From the human T2T-CHM13v2.0 reference genome, Homo sapiens, in assembly GCF_009914755.1 (NCBI RefSeq), contig NC_060927.1: a stretch of 64,000 bases of DNA, one strand, 5' to 3'. Numbering within the stretch: position 1 is the first letter of the stretch; every line of letters starts with the position of its first letter. The notes beneath the pieces are model-generated. The model saw only the letters and a program-made list of their open reading frames with translations, ran no database searches and had not been told where the DNA came from. Positions 55,201 to 64,000 of the stretch are shown piece after piece. A program made the position numbers and the translations under genes.

Positions 55201-56649
55201 TGTATTTGGGAAATGTTTTTTCCAAAAATGTTACACAAACTTTTATTTATATAATGAGAGGGGTATAGGAGACACTTACATAAAAATACCCTTAGCATAT
55301 AAAGCGATACAGTTATTTCCAAAATTATTATTTTGGGTTCAATTTTGTACCCAAAATATATTATCATTTCCTTGATAACTGAGTTTATATCTATCTATCT
55401 GTCTGTAAATTTTCATCCTTTTGTTCTCTTATACGTTTGTCACATTTTTATTATTTCTATAAGCCCTTACAATTTTAATAGCATAACTCATTAATATTAA
55501 TAAAATTAATTTAGCAGAAAATGAACTAAAATACACAAAAATTAATAATTCTAACATACATAAATCTGATAAGGGTGCAGTAATAAAAAATGCCTTTAAA
55601 TATAAAAGAAAGGTAAAGTACTTGGAGCTGAGCTTAACAAAAACTTTGCAAAATCTATACATAAAAAATTTTAAAACTTTAAAATAACCCTGAAAACACA
55701 TAAATACATTTGCACTAATGGAAAGAAAATAATATTTCTTGTTCATACAGATATCAGTTACTTCTTCCATTTAATGTATAAATTTAAAATAATCCTAATA
55801 AACATACCACAAACCTTTTTGGTGGAGGTAAAGGTGACACCAAAGCTTTTATAAAATATCATAAAAGAGTAACTAGATAAAAACACTGAAAAATAAAAAC
55901 AATGAATGGTCTATTTCTACAAGATATTATAAAGTGCCATTAGCATACATTAAAGTAGGTATGTTGTAAAATATACATACATTAAAAATATACTATATAT
56001 AATATACTATAAAGTATTTTTAATCAAAATAGTGTGGTATTGCGCATTAATAGGCAAACAAATGAAGTTTCAACTATACAAAATATATATGGAAACATAT
56101 TTCATTATACACCAATGAACCAAAGATAAATATTTAAATTAATGAAAATTTAAATTGATGGAAAATTATGTGAAAGAACAAAAGTAGATCATACTACATA
56201 TTATATACAACTAAATAAGAGATACAAATATAAAAGTTAAAAATATACAAGTAATAGAGTAAATTTCTATAAACCTAAATAAATAAAATCTAAATTCAAT
56301 TAAGTAAAAGACTGATACATTTGACCACATAAATTATTTCTCAAATCTGTGCATTTCAACAAATGCCACAAACCATTATAAAAGGGTAAAACAAATGACA
56401 CTTTGAATAAAAGTATTACAAAGTATATCAGAGGTAAAGGCTAATAACCCTAATATATGGAGAACTGAAATATTAAGGGTGGGAGAAATAGCAAACGCTC
56501 ACACCATAATTGAGCAAAACACATAAAAAGACCATTTTCCAAAGATAATATTAAGATGACCATGAAAAATTTTAAAGGCCAATTATATGCAAAAGAAGAT
56601 AAATGAGAAAATGACAATGAAACACACCAAATTGTAAAAGAGTAAATGT

Positions 56650-58570
56650 TTTGATCAGGAACAAGGCAGGATATCCACTTCCACCAACTTAACTCAAAAT
56701 AGTATTGGAATTCTAGCCACTGAATAAAAAAAAACTTTATGTATGTTGGAAACTACACCACACCAATCAAAGTAATCAAAGCAGATTAATACTGTGTTCA
56801 TAGATTGAAAGACTCAGTATGGTAATGATGTCAATCCCTTCCCTGCAAAATTAATTTATAGGCTCAAAGCAATTTCTATCAGAAACTTAGCAAGGTTTCC
56901 AGTAGGCATAAACTAGCTTATTCTAATAGTGATACGGAAAGTCATAGGCCATAGTTTAGCTAAAGCAGTCTTGAGAAAGGAGAAAAAGTGGTACAAATCA
57001 CTCTATCTGATATTATGGCTTACCACGTAACTAGATTATTCAAGACAGTGTACTGGGAGCATAATAAACACATACATCAAGGGAATAGAAGAGAAAACCT
57101 TAAATCAACTGACACAAATACATTCAATTAATTTTTGACAAGGTTTTAAAGGTAATTCAATAGAGGAAGGATAGCCTTTTCAACAAATGGTACAATTTGA
57201 CATCAACAGGCAAACAAGCAAACAAACAAAAACCACTATAACATCTTTGGAAAAAAAAACACAAGAAAAAGTCTTTGGGATCTACAGCTATGCAAATAAT
57301 TTGTAGAAATAGCACTAAAAATGTTCAATCTGTAAAATAAAACAAAAGATACATTTTGCCTCATCCAGATGAAAACCTCTGGCATTGTGCAAGTTCATGT
57401 GAAGAGGATTTAAAGACCAGCTGCAGATGGGCAAAAAATATTTAAAAACCACTTATATGGCAAAAGACTAGTACTTCATATATATAGATATAGAGATAGA
57501 GATAGGTATAGATATAGATATAGATAAAAATTTTAAACCTCAAGAGTAGAAAAACGACAATTTAATCAGAAAGTAGGCAAAAAATATGTACAGACATTTC
57601 ACTGAAGAGGATATGTAGTTAGCTAATATAAATAAATGGATTTAAAAAAATTATCCATCAGGTAAATTCAAATGAAAACCACAATGATATATTCCCACAT
57701 CCTATTAAAATAAATAAAACAAAAAATAGTTGCAACACCAAATGCTGGTCATGGCACTGAAAAATAAGATCAATCATACATTACTGGTAGAAATGTAAAA
57801 ATTTAGTAAAAATAGTACAGATATTCTCTAAAACAATTTGGAAATTTTATATAAAATGAAACATTCAATTTCCCGGAAATCCCACTCTTTACATTTAACC
57901 TCAATTTTAAATAGATTATGTTTAGACAAAACCTTCTCTATGAATGTTTATATAAGCTTTAATTGTAATAGCTAAAAACTTAAAACAAACCTGATGTTCT
58001 TCAATGAATAAACAAACAGTGATGCCTCCATGCCATGGAATGTAATTCAACAATGTAAAGAAACAAATAGTTCTTGGATACAACTTGGCTCAGCAAATAT
58101 GTCCAATCCATACTGTATGATTCCATTTTTATAATATTTTAGAAATGAGAACATTTAGAAATGGAGTGCAGGTAATTTAGTAGTGGTTAGTGCGGGGACG
58201 GAGCGAGCATGGGAGGTTGATCTTGCTATAAGAGGGCATTGCCAGTAGCCTTTTGGTGATAAAACTGCTCTGTACAGACACTGTGTTGGTGGATCCATGA
58301 ACCTACTATTTTATACAATTGTGAAGAACTAAACACACACACACTCACACACACACTCCCCAAATGAATACAAATGTAACTCAGGAAATAATGTGTATGA
58401 GGTTGGTGAATTGTATCAGTGTCAATATTCTGACTGAAATATTTCAGTATAGTTTTTCAATGTGCTTCCTCGTCTTAGGAAAACTGAGAAGGAGTACATG
58501 ACATGTCTCTGTGGTATTTCTTACAACTGTGAGTAAATCTATAATTATCTCAATAAAAATTTCAATACAA
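56650..58570 (+). mobile_element. L1MD-like 3' portion
   Basis: ORF2-end relics and the same 3' terminus as 24109-24472. Confidence 0.82.
57478..57526. repeat. (ATAGAT)-type microsatellite, imperfect
   Basis: Directly visible. Confidence 0.85.
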
Positions 58571-59144
58571 TATAATTACCCTGAAACACTTTCTCAACTA
58601 TCAGGCTGGGAAATTACAAAGCTTGACAGTACATTTTGTTGGCGAGTGTGTAGGGAAAGAATCACTCAATATATTCCCTGTGGAAAATGAAATGAGTACA
58701 ATATGTGCAAGGAAGAATTTGGTAACGTATAATAAAATGATAGGAGTGCTTACTTTCTGATTCAGTAACTACAATTCTCAATATTTCCTTGACTTTAACC
58801 CTCCAATACTAAATATATATTAACAGGTTTATTGTATTGTTTGCAAATGCAATATGTTGGAAATAACTCAAATTTTTAAATATGGGGAAATGATTAAGCT
58901 GTAATTCTGCTATCTTTACAATGGAGAAGATAGATGTACTACAGACTTTTATCATGCAACTGTTGAAAAAACATACAAAATATCGTATGAATTGAAGCCA
59001 AAGAGAATTATTCCCAAAATGTAATTTTAAGGAAGGATAACAAAATTTATAAGTTTGCTAAACTATCATATGACTACCTATTGCATAAGAAATAAATACA
59101 AAAGCGGTATCTACTTATTTTTTATTAAAAAAAAAATTTAAAAA

Positions 59145-59469
<325 letters not shown>

Positions 59470-60214
59470 CTACTGTGAGTGATTACCTAACAGGGATGGT
59501 TGGGAATGTAGTAAAAGAATGAATAGTAGGAATGAGGTAGAATTAATATGGGAAAGTGATACATTTCTAAATACACATTTTTTTTGCATTTTTCACTTTT
59601 TGGAGCCATGTCAATATTTAGTAAGTCAGAAAACGTTTATTTAAAAAGACTGAGGAATGAGAAAATCTACAATGGAAGATGAACAAAACCAAAGGAATTC
59701 AACTGTATTTTAAATATGAGGTAGGTACTTTAGTCATTGCCATTTTAAAGATGAGGAGGAATCTGAACCACTGCTGTGATTTTCTGAATCCAAGGCATAT
59801 GTTTGGAAATGCAAAATAATCAGTATTTAAAATAATTATTTTAATGGCAACTCCGAGCACATTATTTGCACATGTCATTGGATAATCCAGTATAGTATAG
59901 TATATTCAGCATAGAGAATTTCACCCTTCTCAGTTACTATGTAGAACAGTGAACTCAGAATTCACCAAATTGCTAAATAATATGAGATGTCATTTATTTC
60001 AATAACTAAAAAACCCAATCACAATGCATTTCAATTCAAATATATATGCCAAGAGCATATGTTAAGTTACTATTTCTACTACAGAATAACTCAAGAAATT
60101 AGAGAATGCATGTAGTCCATTAAAATACTAATTTTTAATAAATAAGAAGAAAGTATATTTTAAGTGTGTCTAAATAACATAAAAATACTTGTATTCATTA
60201 TTTCAACTTTTATC

Positions 60215-60640
60215 CACTAGGATTCTGTGATTGCAAGCAACAAAATTTAAATTTTGGCATAATTAAAAAGTAATATCGTGGAGAAATATGGGGCAGTGCA
60301 GCTAAAGAAGATACTGAAATGCAAGTTTAAGAAAAGACAGAAACCTGGCATTACAGAGCTGTAGGTTCATGTTCTAATAGATGATGTATATGAGACAGCA
60401 CTGTCTGGATAAATCAGTTCCAATTAAAGTTGATCTTGTGATTCCTAACTCATAAGTGCAAGTTTTAGCCTAAAGAGTTCAAATGACATAACTCAGATGC
60501 AGAGACCACACTTGCCTAGAAAGGGCACATTGATTAGGAGCCCCAAGTAAACAACAAAAGAAAAGAAAGGACATTTTCCAAAGTGAAATAGGAAGGTTGA
60601 ATAGACACTGAACAGGTAAAAGCAAGAACACCCAATACAA
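60215..60640 (-). mobile_element. Old MLT1-type LTR
   Basis: GGATTCTGTGATTGCAAGCAACAAAA start typical of antisense old MLT1; very diverged. Confidence 0.5.
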
Positions 60641-61980
60641 ATAAAAGAAAAACATGAGAAAGAATTAGCTTTAATTGTTCAAATATTTGTTTATCTTGTG
60701 TAAAGCCATCCATGAGGTAATGCATTTTAATTTTTGAAAAATAGTAATGCCCAAGAAAAAGTTATTGCACTGGTTTCAATGTTATTGTTGTTGTTTTGAA
60801 ATCTGAGAATCGGTTTCAGAAGGCACCCTGACATCAAATATGTTAGCTTATTATAAACTAATATTTCAAGAAAATGAATTATTTTATTATTTCTGTGTAT
60901 TCAGGTAGAAAAAATTCACAAATTATAGAAACAAAATTAACTGAATATTAAAAGATTGCATTTAATTTTCTTTAAATAATTATTCTAAAGCCATGCTGGA
61001 GGATTGTGACACTATTGTATTACTGGAAATCAGATAAACAGACACATACACACATATATGTACAAACTTCATAATATTAATATGCCTGATTTTGTACATT
61101 TGTCTATTTTCTTGGACTTTATTTCTGGATATCGGTTATTAAAAGCTGAGTAAAATATAGCCTAATGTCATGCAATTAAAAATGTTTAGCACATATTTAA
61201 TAAGATGAAATCTATAAATTACCTGGAACTCATTAAAATGGGTTCTATATAAATACAACATTATTAATACCTCAAAAATATGTGCAACATATAGATTTTA
61301 AAAGTGTATGGGGCATAAAAATCAGTGTAATATGTTTGTGAGATTTTTTTCTGAAAGTGGATCAGTAACCTGTTTTCAAGAATTGATTTAGAATCCCAGG
61401 AACTGAGTAAGATTGATGCTTGGATTTCTATACACTCCTGAAAGATTATTTGACAGTTTTCAATTTTTTATGCCATTTTGACCTGAACACCATGTCCTTT
61501 GAAATATGCATTTATGATATAGGTCCTTTGAAGCTAATAGATTTCTCTGAATTATTCCTGCCCTGATGTAGAAACATGCTTTATAACACCATTTCAAAAA
61601 CATCATTTACAGTGAGACAAGGTACGTGACCTCCAGAAATGCCAGAAGTGCTTTATGGATAAGTTTGTCATCTTATTCTCCAGGTCATTTTGACACATGT
61701 ATCATTTCATCTCGGTCTGACCAACAGGTCTCCATGTCATCCCCACTTGGAATATAAAGTGTGTTGTCTCTGAATCTGTCTTTCCTATACCTTAGTCCAT
61801 GATTTGAAGTCCTGTCTTCCTTGATGCTTTATTTGAGATACTAGACAGAAATATGAAAAGATGAAAAGAAAACTTAAAATAAGACAAATGTTTTGTAGTC
61901 ATCTATATTACTTCCATCATTTAGTTTTTTTTTCTCATTTTTTAACTTTAACTTATCCTCTGATACAAAGTAAACAAAGT

Positions 61981-62324
<344 letters not shown>

Positions 62325-62613
62325 CTAAAATACAATGAAGATAATAATGAGAATACAAAATATAAACTGTAAATATGGTTTGAGAGACAAGGCATGAGAG
62401 GAATTAGGCATCTTGCTTTGAAACGAAGTATATTTAAAAAAATAAATGGTTGATATTCAGTTAAAATCCCAGATAATATTTATTCTTTTTATGGTATTCT
62501 TTAAACTGGTTTTTTGTTTTGTTTTGTTTTTTGTTTGTTTGTTTTTTTTTAGAATATGAACTTTTGTGTGTATTTTAGGATTTGTTTTGGAGGTGGTGGT
62601 GCATAGATATAGC

Positions 62614-62837
62614 TCAGTGGTCTACAAACTATGGCCCATGAGCCAAAATTGGCCCATTACGTATTTATGTAAATAAAGTTTTGTTTCAACAAAGACACGG
62701 CTATTTATCTGTATACTGTCTACAAATATTTCCATGCTAAAATAATAGAGAACTAGTTGTCTCAGAGGCCAGATGGCCCAGGAAGACTGAAATATTTACT
62801 TCCTGACCCTTTACAGAGTATGTTTGCCAATTTTTGG
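62614..62837 (+). mobile_element. MER58A-like hAT MITE
   Basis: CAAACTATGGCCCATGAGCCAAA...GTAAATAAAGTTTT...CCCTTTACAGA...TTTGCCAA. Confidence 0.85.
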
Positions 62838-64000
62838 TCTGGCTCATAATTCATTCCTGAAATGCCTGTATATCAGTTACTTTTGAACTACTTTACAGTA
62901 CAAAACACTAGAGATGTGAGTTGTTTCTGTAGGTAAGATTACTTGAGATAACAATGGTTGAAGTTATGTACTATCATCTGAAAATCATAAAAAATCTTTT
63001 CAAAGGAGATGTGAAAATTTTAGAAATTATAGTTGATGATGCTCAGAGAGAGAGATGATTTCAACCGCAAAAGCAATATCCACTTTTGGAATAACTGTTA
63101 TTTATTTTTACAGATTGGTTACAGATTCAAAATGCTTTATTTTGTAATGATATCTATCAATGCCTAAGAAGAAGAACAAGAAAGTAGCATCAAATGTACT
63201 GTTAAATATATGATGGTGTTACATCACTAAGGGTTGCATAAAATACAAAATGTTTAAAAAATCATAAAATTAAAATTTACTAACAGTAAATCTCAATAAA
63301 ATTACTTAAAGTCCAGCTTTTCATCAAACATTTCTTTTACATTCTAAAGGAGAACATAATTAATATAAAAATGTACTTTTAATCTATAATTTAATGTAAT
63401 ATTCAAACTACCTTTAAGGGATAATTAAGCCAGAATCTATTCAATAAAGGTTAAAACATTCAAATGCTCTTTTCAATATTTTAGATGGAGACATGCCAAA
63501 ACTTTCAACCCAAATCGTCTGTTTTTCTTTTCTTCTCTAAGATGTGTCAGCTCAAATTCCCTAAAACAGTTTCATGGATAACATATTTCTTTTTTGAAAG
63601 AAACTGTGGAAGATATGTCTTTAGTTCAACAATATCTGTATTTTGGAAAACTTTTTTCAATCATATTGTTTCAACTAAAATAAATGTAGAATTTTCGTGA
63701 GTCCAGTGATATTTTTCCTATCACAAACTGCTAAAATTTAACACATATTTTAGCATCTTCAACTTTAATTGAAACAAACTTTAATTTTAACTGAAGAATC
63801 ATGATGATAGTCAATTTGCTCAGACTTCATAGTTAAAAGTGAGAGGAAATCTAGTTTAAATCTAAAATAAATACATTTGTTCACATATATTGATGCAGTT
63901 TTGGATTCTAGGTCTGACCTAGCTACAGGGACTCCAAAAATGACATCAGGACAAGTTTCCCTCTTCCACTCCCCTGTCTTTTATTTTTGCTCTGTCTTTA

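Overview
AT-rich primate (catarrhine, probably human) genomic DNA. I recognise no host protein-coding exon, RNA gene or CRISPR array. Most of the window is nested transposon debris: a young L1PA (4431-9073), several ancient L1M elements, about 14 Alu copies or fragments, an ERV1-class internal remnant, solo LTRs (LTR7, MER52, MER67-, LTR33-, LTR16-, MLT1- and THE1/MST-like), Tigger/hAT MITEs, L2/MIR and microsatellites. Repeat family names come from my recall of consensus sequences and need RepeatMasker/Dfam confirmation. Most notable observations: (1) a MER52 LTR carries a perfect TCTCGCGAGA (BANP/CGCG) element followed by a patch of retained CpGs, a candidate LTR-born CpG promoter; (2) 39 bp of that LTR were copied into a neighbouring Alu between microhomologies; (3) the L1PA has a twin-priming-type inversion of its first ~240 nt, giving a 28-bp inverted repeat and an open, chimeric ORF0; (4) two Alus 11.6 kb apart share a possible gene-conversion tract.
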